This document shows positions 24,368 through 36,600 of a DNA stretch of 64,000 nucleotides, piece by piece (the stretch's first letter is position 1; every line of letters begins with the position of its first letter). The position numbers and the translations under genes are program-made. Under the pieces are notes generated by a model. It was given only the letters and a program-made list of their open reading frames with translations. It searched no databases and had not been told where the DNA came from. The stretch lies in NCBI RefSeq assembly GCF_044704955.1, contig NC_091997.1:37014001-37078000 (forward strand), given 5' to 3'. Source of the stretch: Pristiophorus japonicus. Lineage: Eukaryota.

Positions 24368-24553
24368 CTTTGCGATCTGCACACACCAGTTGAGGAGATG
24401 CTGGGATCCAATGCGGTCCTTGTTCTCTCGGACGTAATCCAGCAGGGATCCGTACGGCATCAGCTGTGTAACCAGCTGCACAGTGGACGTCAGGCAGATC
24501 CCAAGCAGGCGGCAAACGTAAGGGCTGCTCACTCCTGCCATTATGTACGCCTC
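24368..24553 (-). CDS. ERBB2: ERBB2 exon 20 equivalent
   Basis: [62 protein letters not shown]; 186 nt; AG/GT. Confidence 0.98.
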
Positions 24554-24699
24554 CTGCAACACACAAACACTGCTCACCAGTCTGCCAATCGCTGCAACCA
24601 CCACCCTCCGAATCTCTGCTATTGCTCATCTTTCTGTTTCTCTGTAGAATGGGGATTTGGTGAAATTTCCTCATCACCGTGAGGGATGAGGCACCAGGA

Positions 24700-25350
24700 A
24701 TCAAACCAATGTTCCACTCTTTGAACCCACTGAGAGCATCTATCGCACCCCAGGGCAGGTATAGAGCAGTCGCAATAATGCAGCAGTTGGACTGAGGGGG
24801 CTGCAGGTTGTGAGCACTGAGGGGCTGGGACCTGAAGGGAAGCTCCGTGTAGAGTCATCAGCAAGATAGTGGATAATGGGTTGATGATGAATGAAGGAGG
24901 TTACTGATGTGGAGAATGAAGAGAGTTGGAGCACAGAGCCCTGCGAACTTGTATAATGAAAAGAGCCAGAGGATCAGACAGCACAGATAGAACGACGCGA
25001 GAGGAGACTCAGGAGCCTTGAACAGAGCTTCGGTGGGAGGCCACACGATGAGAGCTTGTTTGGAAGTGTAAGGTGCCAGAACCTGTCAGAGCCTTTGGAG
25101 TCATCCAAAGCAACAAAGAATTTTCACCAACGTGTTCATGGGCAGAATTGCAGAGATGTTTAAAAGAGGCACTAAGGACACCAGTGGGACGGCCATGTTG
25201 GAAACCAAATTACTGATCATGGGTTGGGTCAAACAAAAGTGTTGACGGAAGAGAAATAGGGCAGGGATTGGAAGGGTGAGGGGATCACCTTTTGTAGGAT
25301 AGTGCGAGGGAGACAGAGTGGGTATTTGGTTGAAACTGGCCCATACTAAT
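24700..25350 (-). mobile_element. Highly degenerate non-LTR RT fragment
   Basis: APTLFILHISNL and YLADDST resemble RT motifs B'/C in different frames. Confidence 0.4.
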
Positions 25351-25510
25351 TTCACTCCGAGCCGAGAGAGAACAGACTTTCATCCAGAATCTGTTTATAG
25401 AGCTCCTGTTTATTCAGCAGGGTAAGGATTGACTGTATTTCTGTGGCATTTAATAATCAGATGCATCTTGTTTGAAGCCCCTGGACTGCCTCACCACTGG
25501 CCATACTTAC

Positions 25511-25609
25511 ATCCAGGATCTCTTTGTTTGCTTTCGGAGATGTTCCCTCTCTTAAAACCTTAATAGCAACAGGGATCTTCACATCTTCATCCTCCGGCAT
25601 CCACACTCC
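25511..25609 (-). CDS. ERBB2: ERBB2 exon 19 equivalent (VAIK lysine)
   Basis: [33 protein letters not shown]; 99 nt; AG/GT. Confidence 0.97.
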
Positions 25610-25979
25610 CTGCATTCAGGAAAAGGCCAAGCATTGCAGATTATTAGTTGGGCTCTCCCACCGAATCCAGCCAGACAGGATAATCCGAGCAAACCACGCA
25701 GAAACACTGCTGCTGTCACATCATCCCAAATGCCATGGATTCCAGTGGACCAAGACCCTTCTATTCACCCCCATTATGGAAACAGTCAGGTAAATGTGAC
25801 TAGAGCTATTTGAAATTAATTCCACAATTGAGGAGCGGCCCCACAGGGAGTGCGGGCCGGGGAACCATTTTAAATTCCCAGGGGGCCCAGTTGGGGAACC
25901 AGCTCTAAACTCAACTCTAAAGTGTAAAGTGACGGGGCAAAGATACAAAATCCACGGGCTCTCCACGGATCGTGTCCCA

Positions 25980-26648
25980 CATAAGAAATAGAGTAGGCCA
26001 CCTGGCCCCTCCAGCCTGCCCCGCCATTCAATATCATGGCTGAACGGGTCATGGACTCAGCTCTACTTCCCTGCCCGCTCCCCATAACCCTTTATTCCCT
26101 TACTGCTCAAAAATCTATCTATCTCCGCCTTAAATATATTCAATGACCCAGCCTCCAGAGCTCTCTGGGGTAGAGAATTCCACAGATTTACAACCCTCAG
26201 AAGAAATTCTTCCTCATCTCAGTTTTAAATGGTGGCAGCTTATTCTGAGACTACATCCCCTAGTTTTAATTTCCCCGACGAGTGGAAATATCCCCCCTGC
26301 ATCCACCTTGTTGAGCCCCCTCATTATCTTATATGTTTCGATAAGATCGCCTCTCATTCTTCTGAACTCCAATGAATATAGGCCTAACCTACTCAACCTA
26401 TCTTCATAAATCAACCCCTTCATCTCCGGAATCAACCTAGTGAACCCTCTCTGTACAGCCTCCAATACAATTATATCCTTCCTTAAATACGGAGACCAAA
26501 CCTGTACGCAGTACTCCAGGTGTGACCTCACCAATACCCTGTACAGTTGTAGCAGGACTTCTCTGCTTTTATACTCTATCCCCCTTGCAATAAAGGCCAA
26601 CATTCCATTTGCCTTCCTGATCACTTGCTGTACCTGCATAGTCACTTT
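25980..26648 (-). mobile_element. CR1 LINE 3' fragment, same subfamily as 404-1925
   Basis: ORF 26214..26654 and shared 3' UTR. Confidence 0.92.
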
Positions 26649-26825
26649 TAGCAAACGCGTCTATTCAGAGTTCAACACTCCAGACTGCACGTCTGACAGG
26701 ACGGTGTCACTGGCCCTCTGTCACATGATCGATAGCAGACTCCAAGCCGGGTACAAAGGATGGCAGGAATGAGGAAGTGGAGTGACAGCAGCGATTACCA
26801 TTGGTGTGAGGACGTGTTTATTTAC

Positions 26826-26948
26826 CTTGTAAACTGTTCCGAAGGCGCCAGATCCCAGAATCTTCACTTTCTTCATTTCAGTTTCCTTCAGGATTCGGAT
26901 CTGTGCCTGGTTTGGAACAACTCCACTCGGAGTTACTGGCTCGACCAG
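26826..26948 (-). CDS. ERBB2: ERBB2 exon 18 equivalent (juxtamembrane-B and P-loop)
   Basis: [41 protein letters not shown]; 123 nt; AG/GT. Confidence 0.98.
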
Positions 26949-27384
26949 CTGCAGGAGATGAAGCATCACATCACAGAGCGGGTTATATCAGCGACCCGCA
27001 GACTGCCCCGTGAATGTTTGCACACCAGGCCACCCTTTACAACGTGACACAGATTAAAAATATTGAAAGTCAGTCTTGAACATGCGTTGGGGAGCATGTC
27101 TCTCCTCTGGAAACGGTTGGAATGACCTCCCAGGTAGGGTGTGGAGTCACAATGGCGCTTGCTGCTAAGCTGGGTTAAAGTGCCGCTGCGTTACTGGTTA
27201 AACTGCACAGTGGTGTCCTCATGAGGAGGCCATTCCCCCGGGACCAGTGAGAATCACGTTTCACGGTGCGGCGCTTCCTGATCGCTTCACTCTGTGCTTA
27301 CACGAGGGTTGTGTAAATCGATAGCCACGGCCTCTCTGGAGGCTCAAGTCGCATCTTGACTCCAGATTTACACGGTAAAGCTGT

Positions 27385-27512
27385 CGGACGTGGCTCAATG
27401 GCAGCATTCTCGTCAGGTGGTCATGGGTTCAAGCCCCACTCCAGAGATTCCCAGTGTAGTACTGACGGAGTGCTGCACTGCTGGAAGTGCCGTCGTTCAG
27501 ATGAGGCCCCGT
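27385..27512 (+). mobile_element. tRNA-headed Deu-type SINE fragment
   Basis: A-box-like TGGCTCAATGG and B-box-like GGTTCAAGCCC, followed by sequence similar to the SINE at 62925-63190. Confidence 0.65.
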
Positions 27513-27952
27513 CACACTCTGCGGTGCAACACAGTCAAGTGGCTGAGTGAGAGGGGATGGGATGGGGGGGGGGGGGGGGGGCAGGGGATTATTTGATTTG
27601 ACCGTCGCAGGTGTGATGGAAACCCTACCTCAGGGCCTTTGGCTGTGCATAATTGAGATGTGTCATTCCAACATTCTCGCTAAGCTGCGCGACCACACAA
27701 TCCGAAGGTTCTGCCCAGGCCGCTCACCGCCTTTTATAGGGGAGAAGCCGCCCATGCGCGAAAACTTTAATGGGCCACACAGCCAGTTACAGCGGCCACA
27801 CACTAAAAGGAGGGAATGTTAGTGACTGCGCCACTCACTATGTCCAACAGTAGCTGCACTCCCCGCCTCCGGCTGGCGGTAATTACCGCGGGACCGCATC
27901 GGTTGCTGGATCAAGCAGCGGATAACCGCCGGTTTGCTGCGTTCACACTCAC

Positions 27953-28091
27953 CTCCCTCTGCTCCAAGAGTCTCAGCATCGTATGTTTCCGCTTCAGTCG
28001 TTTCTTGCGCTTACACCAGATGACAAGGAGGACCACGAGGACCATGAACAGCAACGCCCCCACGATCCCAGCCACCACCGAGGTCACCTGG
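27953..28091 (-). CDS. ERBB2: ERBB2 exon 17 equivalent (transmembrane and juxtamembrane-A)
   Basis: QVTSVVAGIVGALLFMVLVVLLVIWCKRKKRLKRKHTMLRLLEQRE; 139 nt; phase-2 acceptor; GTGAGT donor. Confidence 0.95.
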
Positions 28092-28289
28092 CTGCACAGG
28101 AGAGAAGCAGAGAGATGAGTCAAACAAGGACTCGCCTCAGACACCAATCCTTGCTCGAGTGGGCCCATGGTGTGGGGGGCTTGGTGGTTGTACAATCTCC
28201 AAAACTCCAGTTGCTGGTCCTGCACTGACCCTGGGAAAGCAGGGAGCTCGAACCTTGATCTGATTGATCAGAAAAATTCTCTTCACTAC

Positions 28290-30600
28290 TGAGATATATT
28301 CACAGAGCACAAGCACACACAGTTTCCAACATGGCAGGCAGCTCTCTCGGAAGCCTCCGGAAATCTGCCTGGTTCTGTTTATTATTAACCCTACACTTGC
28401 AGTACACAATACGTCCACATCCACAGTGTGGAGCTACAAACATTACAAGCTTACAGACATTACACCTTAATGAAGAAGCCATCATAACAAACATCATAGA
28501 TAACTTTCATATTTTTACATAACACAGGATATATAACTTTTTTTTCCATATTTACAAATTTAACTTTACCACTTGTTTTCTGTTTTGAAGAGGATACCTT
28601 CGCTCTCAAACAGAACCTTCCAAACATGATGTTGAATGTAAACTCATTCGAGGCTCATCCTGAGGAACGTTTTCCTCCACGGAATTTCCTTGATTTTCAT
28701 TTGAACTCACTCTAACTTCAGGCTCTTTGTTTTCCTGACTCGGACTCAGACTTTCATTCTGATTCTCTCTTGGATTTGTTTCCAGTACATTGGATTTAGG
28801 ATTTGCTACTGGAATATCAAAACTATCTGATGAGTCAGAAATAATTGAATAATTCCCACCTTCAACTCCTTCCATGTCTGTAGGTAAAATGTGATCAATA
28901 TGAACAAACCTAACCTGTCCATTATCAAACATCTTTACCAAATATGTGCGAGGACCACATATCTTCACCACTCTTCCTGGTAACCACTTTACCCATTTAT
29001 GGTGATGGTTCTTCACTCTCACCTTCTGGTTTAATTTCACACTTCTCTCTTTTACTCTACCTTTATCATGATTCTCTTTCGGTCTTAATTGTGTCTCTTC
29101 TACGGACTGTGCCAAATTTGGCTTTAACAACGAGAATCTGGTTCGTGGCTGTCGTTTGAGAAACAACTCTGCTGGTGTTCGACCAGTAGTATGAGGAGTA
29201 TTTCGATATGTAATCAAAAAATTAGCCAATTTGTGATCCAATGACAACTGTCGTTTCCTTGGATTTGGATCTAACATTTGTTTTATGAGAGCACGTTTTA
29301 CAATTTGTACAGTGTGCTCTGCTGCACCATTCGAAGCAGGATGGTATGGTGGAACCTTGGTATGTTTCACACCATTTTTGCTCGTGAATTGTGCAAATTC
29401 TTCTGAACGAAATTGTGGTCCATTATCCGAAACAATTTCTTCAGGGAGGCCAAATGAAGAAAATAATTTTTCGGAAAATGTCCAATGTTTTACTTGTTAT
29501 TTTCCACATTGGGAACACCTCAACCCACTTCGAATGGCTATCATTCACAATGGACAATTGCTGTTCTTCTAACTCAGCAAAGTCAATATGTAGCCTTTGC
29601 CACACCCTATGAGGCCATTTCCATGGCTGTAATGGTACTGGTGGTGGTTGCTTGCTTACTGATTGACATGTCGTACACTGACTCAGGATGTACTCTATAT
29701 CTTTATCAAGGCCTGGCCACCATAAATAACTGTGTGCAAAACTCTTGGTCAAGCACATTCCCAGGTGCTGGTCATGGAGGTCTCCTAATAATTTGGACCT
29801 GAATTTATTTGGTATAACCACTCTTGCACCCCACATGATACAATCTTTATCGACTGATAATTCATTCCTACGAGTGAAGACTGGATGTGTATCTTTGTTT
29901 ATTACCTGGTTTGGTCATCCGTTTGCAATATACTCATACACCTTTGACATCACTGGGTCACGTTTGGCTCTTCAGCTGTGACTGGCAGTTCATCAATGTA
30001 TGAAAAATAAAACACTTCTTCCCTATCGGGTGTAACTTGTGATGGGGAAGACAATCTAGACATTGCATCAGCATTACTGTTATCAGCTGATCGTCTGTAT
30101 TCAATATCATACGTATATGCTGATAAAATCAAAGCCCATCTCTGCATTCGGGCTGCAGCTAATGTTGGAATTGGGGACTTTGGATGGAGGATTGCTGTTA
30201 GGGGCTTATGGTCCGTAACGAGAGTAAACTTTCGACCATACAAGTATTTGTGAAACTTCTTGACCCCAAAAATTATTGCCAAAGTTTCCCTTTCAATTTG
30301 CGCATAATTACTCTCACTGGCACTGAGAGTGCGTGAAGCAAAAGCAATTGGTCTCTCCTCCCCACGACTTAATACATGAGAGATTACTGCCCCAACTCGA
30401 TATGGAGAGGCATCACATGCTAGCTTGATCTCCTTAGATATGTCATAGTGAACTAACATGGTGCTCTCTGCCAATTTGCTTTTACACTCCTTGAATGCTG
30501 TATTGCATTCTTTTGACCACTTCCAATGGACCTGTTTTTTCAAAAGTTAATTCAGTGGATGTAATACTGTAGCCAAATTTGGTAGGAACTTCCCATAATA
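28290..30600 (-). mobile_element. 3' half of a second Ty3/Gypsy element (RNase H, integrase, probable 3' LTR ~28290-28464)
   Basis: YYGKFLPNL, LACDASPY, VTDHKPL, HDQH..CTTC, HIDFA, SNGAAE; TG...CA-bounded segment with AATAAA at the left end. Confidence 0.9.
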
Positions 30601-33600
30601 GGGGTCGGGGCCCGGGAGACCAGGAGACCAGGGGTCGGGGCCCGGGAGACCAGGGGTCGGGGCCCGGGAGACCAGGGGCCGGGGCCCGGGAGTCGGGGCC
30701 AGGGAGGCCGGGGACCGGGATGCCGGGGGTCGGGGACGGGGAGAACGGGGGTCGGGGACTGGGGACCGGGAGAACGGGAGTCGGGGACCGGGAGAGCGGG
30801 GGTCGGGTCCCGGGTCCCGGGAGAACAGGGGTCGGGTCCCGGGAGAACAGGGGTGGGGTCCCGGGGCCCGGGAGAACAGGGGTGGGGTCCCGGGGCCCGG
30901 GAGAACAGGGGTGGGGTCCCGGGGCCCGGGAGAACAGGGGTGGGGTCCCGGGGCCCGGGAGAACAGGGGTCGGGGCCCGGGGCCCGGGAGAACAGGGGTC
31001 GGGGCCCGGGGCCCGGGAGAACAGGGGTCGGGGCCCGGGGCCCGGGAGAACAGGGGTCGGGGCCCGGGACCCGGGAGAACAGGGGTCGGGGCCCGGGGCC
31101 CGGGAGAACAGGGGTCGGGGCCCGGGGCCCGGGAGAACAGGGGTCGGGGCCCGGGAGAACAGGGGTCGGGGCCCGGGGCAAAGGAGACCAGGGGTCGGGG
31201 CCCGGGGCAAAGGAGACCAGGGGTCGGGGCCCGGGGCAAAGGAGACCAGGGGTCGGGGCCCGGGGCAAAGGAGACCAGGGGTCGGGGCCCGGGGCAAAGG
31301 AGACCAGGGGTCGGGGCCCGGGGCAAAGGAGACCAGGGGTCGGGGCCCGGGGCAAAGGAGACCAGGGGTCGGGGCCCGGGGCAAAGGAGACCAGGGGTCG
31401 GGGCCCGGGGCAAAGGAGACCAGGGGTCGGGGCCCGGGGCAAAGGAGACCAGGGGTCGGGGCCCGGGGCAAAGGAGACCAGGGGTCGGGGCCCGGGGCAA
31501 AGGAGAGCAGGGGTCGGGGCCCGGGGCAAAGGAGAGCAGGGGTCGGGGCCCGGGGCAAAGGGGAGCAGGGGTCGGGGCCCGGGGCAAAGGAGAGCAGGGT
31601 TCGGGGCCCGGGGCAAAGGAGACCGGGGGTCGGGGCCCGGGAGAGCAGGGGTCGGGGCCCGGGGCCCGTGAGAGCAGGGGTCAAGGCCCGGGGCCCGTGA
31701 GAGCAGGGGTCGGGGCCCGGGGCCCGTGAGAGCAGGGGTCGGGGCCCGGGGCCCGTGAGAGCAGGGGTCGGGGCCCGGGGCCCGTGAGAGCAGGGGTCGG
31801 GGCCCGGGGCCCGTGAGAGCAGGGGTCGGGGCCCGGGGCCCGTGAGAGCAGGGGTCGGGGCCCGGGGCCCGGGGCCCGTGAGAGCAGGGGTCGGGGCCCG
31901 GGGCCCGTGAGAGCAGGGGTCGGGGCCCGGGGCCCGTGAGAGCAGGGGTCGGGGCCCGGGGCCCGTGAGAGCAGGGGTCGGGGCCCGGGGCCCGGGAGAG
32001 CAGGGGTCGGGGCCCGTGGCCCGGGAGAGCAGGGGCCGGGGCCCGTGGCCCGGGAGAGCAGGGGCCGGGGCCCGGGGCCCGGGAGAGCAGGGGTTGGGGC
32101 CCGGGGCCCGGGAGAGCAGGGGTCGGGGCCCGGGAGAGCAGGGGTCGGGGCCCGGGAGCGCAGGGGTCGGGGCCCGGGAGAGCAGGGGTCGGGGCCCGGG
32201 AGAGCAGGGGTCGGGGCCCGGGAGAGCAGCGGTCGGGGCCCGGGAGAGCAGCGGTCGGGGCCCGGGAGAGCAGCGGTCGGGGCCCGGGAGAGCAGGGGTC
32301 GGGGCCCGGGAGAGCAGGGGTCGGGGCCCGGGAGAGCAGGGGTCGGGGCCCGGGAGAGCAGGGGTCGGGGCCCGGGAGAGCAGGGGTCGGGGCCCGGGAG
32401 AGCAGGGGTCGGGGCCCGGGAGAGCAGGGGTCGGGGCCCGGGAGAGCAGGGGTCGGGGCCCGGGAGAGCAGGGGTCGGGGCCCGGGAGAGCAGGGGTCGG
32501 GGCCCGGGAGAGCAGGGGTCGGGGCCCGGGAGAGCAGGGGTCGGGGCCCGGGAGATCAGGGGTCGGGGCCCGGGAGATCAGGGGTCGGGGCCCGGGAGAT
32601 CAGGGGTCGGGGCCCGGGGCCCGGGAGAGCAGGGGTCGGGGCCCGGGAGAGCAGGGGTCGGGGCCCGGGAGAGCAGGGGTCGGGGCCCGGGAGAGCAGGG
32701 GTCGGTGCCCGGGGCCCGGGAGATCAGGGGTCGGGGCCCGGGGCCCGGGAGAGCAGCGGTCGGGACCCGGGAGAGCAGCGGTCGGGGCCCGGGGCCCGGG
32801 AGAGCAGCGGTCGGGGCCCGGGAGAGCAGCGGTCGGGGCCCGGGAGAGCAGGGGTCGGGGCCCGGGGCCCGGGAGAGCAGGGGTCGGTGCCCGGGCACCG
32901 GGAGAGCAGGGGTCGGGGCCCGGGAGAGCAGGGATCGGGGCCCGGGAGAGCAGGGGTGGGGGCTCGGGGGAGCAGGGGTGGCCGCCCGGGGGGGCAGGGG
33001 TGGGGGCCCGGGGGAGCAGGGGTCGGGGACCGGGGGAGCAGGGGTCGGGGACCGGGGGAGCAGGGGTCGGGGCCCGAGGGGGGCAGGGGTCGGGTCCCGT
33101 GGGCCGGGAGACCAGGGGTCGGGGCACGTGGCACGGGAGACCGGGGGTCGGGGCCCGTGGCACGGGAGACCGGGGGTCGGGGCCCGTGGCCCGGGAGACC
33201 GGGGGTCGGGGCCCGTGGCCCGGGAGACCGGGGGTCGGCGCCCGTGGCCCGGGAGACCGGGGGTCGGGGCCCGTGAGACCGGGGGTCGGGGCCCGTGAGA
33301 CCGGGGGTCGGGGCCCGTGTCCCGGGAGACCGGGGGTCGGGGCCCGTGGCCCGGGAGACCGGGGGTCGGGGCCCGTGGCCCGGGAGACCGGGGGTCGGGG
33401 CCCGTGGCCCGGGAGACCGGGGGTCGGGGCTCGTGGCCCGGGAGACCGGGGGTCGGGGCTCGTGGCCCGGGAGACCGGGGGTCGGGCCCCGGGAGACCGG
33501 GGGTCATGGCCCGGGAGACCGGGGTCCGGGAGACCGGAGGTCGGGGCCCGGGATAGCAGGGGTCGGGGCCCGGGAGAGCAGGGGTCGGGGCCCGGGAGAG

Positions 33601-36600
33601 CAGGGGTCGGGGCCCGGGACAGCAGGGGTCGGGGCCCGGGGACCGGGAGAGCAGGGGTCGGGGCCCGGGGCCCGGGAGAGCAGGGGTCGGGGCCCGGGGC
33701 CCGGGAGAGCAGGGGTCGGGGCCCGGGGCCCGGGAGAGCAGGGGTCGGGGCCCGGGGCCCGGGAGAGCAGGGGTCGGGGCCCGGGGCCCGGGAGAGCAGG
33801 GGTCGGGGCCCGGGGCCCGGGAGAGCAGGGGCCGGGGCCCGGGAGAGCAGGGGTCGGGGCCCGGGAGAGCAGGGGTCGGGGCCCGGGGCCCGGGAGAGCA
33901 GGGGTCGGGGCCCGGGAGAGCAGGGGTCGGGGCCCGGGGCCCGGGAGAGCAGGGGTCGGGGCCCGGGGCCCGGGAGAGCAGGGGTCGGGGCCCGGGGCCC
34001 GGGAGAGCAGGGGTCGGGGCCCGGGGCCCGGGAGAGCAGGGGTCGGGGCCCGGGGCCCGGGAGAGCAGGGGTCGGGGCCCGGGGCCCGGGAGAGCAGGGA
34101 TCGGGGCCCGGGAGAGCAGGGGCCGGGGCCCGGGAGAGCAGGGGTCGGGGCCCGGGAGAGCAGGGGTCGGGGCCCGGGAGAGCAGGGGTCGGGGCCCGGG
34201 AGAGCAGGGGTCGGGGCCCGGGAGAGCAGGGGTCGGGGCCCGGGAGAGCAGGGGTCGGGGCCCGGGAGAGCAGGGGTCGGGGCCCCGGAGAGCAGGGGTC
34301 GGGGCCCCGGAGAGCAGGGGTCGGGGCCCCGGAGAGCAGGGGTCGGGGCCCCGGAGAGCAGGGGTCGGGGCCCCGGAGAGCAGGGGTCGGGGCCCCGGAG
34401 AGCAGGGGTCGGGGCCCCGGAGAGCAGGGGTCGGGGCCCGGGAGAGCAGGGGTCGGGGCCCGGGAGAGCAGGGGTCGGGGCCCGGGGCCCGGGAGAGCAG
34501 GGGTCGGGGCCCGGGAGAGCAGGGGTCGGGGCCCGGGGCCCGGGAGAGCAGGGGTCGGGGCCCGGGGCCCGGGAGAGCAGGGGTCGGGGCCCGGGAGAGC
34601 AGGGGTCGGGGCCCGGGGCCTGGGAGAGCAGGGCCGGGGCCCGGGGCCCGGGAGAGCGGGGGTCGGGGCCCGGGGGAGCGGGGGTCGGGGGAGCGGGGGT
34701 CGAGGCCCGTGGCCCGGGAGACCGGGGGTCGGGGCCCGTGGCCCGGGAGACCGGGGGTCGGGGCCCGTGGCCCGGGAGACCGGGGGTCGGGGCCCGTGGC
34801 CCGGGAGACCGGGGGTCGGGGCCCGTGGCCCGGGAGACCGGGGGTCGGGGCCCGTGGCCCGGGAGACCGGGGGTCGGGGCCCGTGGCCCGGGACCCGTGG
34901 CCCGGGAGACCGGGGGTCGGGGCCCGTGGCCCGGGAGACCGGGGGTCGGGGCCCGTGGCCCGGGAGCCGGGGCCCGTGGCCCGGGAGACCGGGGGTCGGG
35001 GCCCGGGGCCCGGGGCCCATGGCCCGGGAGACCGGGGGTCGGGGCCCGTGGCCCGGGAGACCGGGGGTCGGGGCCCGTGGCCCGGGAGACCGGGGGTCGG
35101 GGCTCGTGGCCCGGGAGTCGGGGCTCGTGGCCCGGGAGTCGGGCCCCGGGAGACCGGGGGTCATGGCCCGGGAGACCGGGGTCCGGGAGACCGGGGGTCG
35201 GGGCCCGGGAGAGCGGGGGTCGGGGCCCGGGATAGCAGGGGTCGGGGCCCGGGAGAGCAGGGGTCGGGGCCCGGGAGAGCAGGGGTCGGGGCCCGGGAGA
35301 GCAGGGGTCGGGGCCCGGGGACCGGGAGAGCAGGGGTCGGGGCCCGGGGCCCGGGAGAGCAGGGGTCGGGGCCCGGGGCCCGGGAGAGCAGGGGCCGGGG
35401 CCCGGGGCCCGGGAGAGCAGGGGTCGGGGCCCGGGGCCCGGGAGAGCAGGGGTCGGGGCCCGGGGCCCGGGAGAGCAGGGGTCGGGGCCCGGGGCCCGGG
35501 AGAGCAGGGGTCGGGGCCCGGGGCCCGGGAGAGCAGGGGTCGGGGCCCGGGGCCCGGGAGAGCAGGGGTCGGGGCCCGGGGCCCGGGAGAGCAGGGGTCG
35601 GGGCCCGGGGCCCGGGAGAGCAGGGGTCGGGGCCCGGGGCCCGGGAGAGCAGGGGTCGGGGCCCGGGGCCCGGGAGAGCAGGGGTCGGGGCCCGGGGCCC
35701 GGGAGAGCAGGGGTCGGGGCCCGGGGCCCGGGAGAGCAGGGGTCGGGGCCCGGGGCCCGGGAGAGCAGGGGTCGGGGCCCGGGGCCCGGGAGAGCAGGGG
35801 TCGGGGCCCGGGGCCCGGGAGAGCAGGGGTCGGGGCCCGGGAGAGCAGGGGCCGGGGCCCGGGAGAGCAGGGGTCGGGGCCCGGGAGAGCAGGGGTCGGG
35901 GCCCGGGAGAGCAGGGGTCGGGGCCCGGGAGAGCAGGGGTCGGGGCCCGGGAGAGCAGGGGTCGGGGCCCGGGAGAGCAGGGGTCGGGGCCCCGGAGAGC
36001 AGGGGTCGGGGCCCCGGAGAGCAGGGGTCGGGGCCCCGGAGAGCAGGGGTCGGGGCCCCGGAGAGCAGGGGTCGGGGCCCGGGGCCCGGGAGAGCAGGGG
36101 TCGGGGCCCGGGGCCCGGGAGAGCAGGGGTCGGGGCCCGGGAGAGCAGGGGTCGGGGCCCGGGGCCCGGGAGAGCAGGGGTCGGGGCCCGGGAGAGCAGG
36201 GGTCGGGGCCCGGGGCCTGGGAGAGCAGGGGTGGGGTCCCGGGGCCCGGGAGAACAGGGGTGGGGTCCCGGGGCCCGGGAGAACAGGGGTCGGGGCCCGG
36301 GGCCCGGGAGAACAGGGGTCGGGGCCCGGGGCCCGGGAGAACAGGGGTCGGGGCCCGGGGCCCGGGAGAACAGGGGTCGGGGCCCGGGAGAACAGGGGTC
36401 GGGGCCCGGGGCAAAGGAGACCAGGGGTCGGGGCCCGGGGCAAAGGAGACCAGGGGTCGGGGCCCGGGGCAAAGGAGACCAGGGGTCGGGGCCCGGGGCA
36501 AAGGAGACCAGGGGTCGGGGCCCGGGGCAAAGGAGACCAGGGGTCGGGGCCCGGGGCAAAGGAGACCAGGGGTCGGGGCCCGGGGCAAAGGAGACCAGGG

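Noticed and set aside
27385-27445. tRNA gene
   Set aside because: A and B boxes only, no complete cloverleaf, and it runs directly into SINE body sequence.
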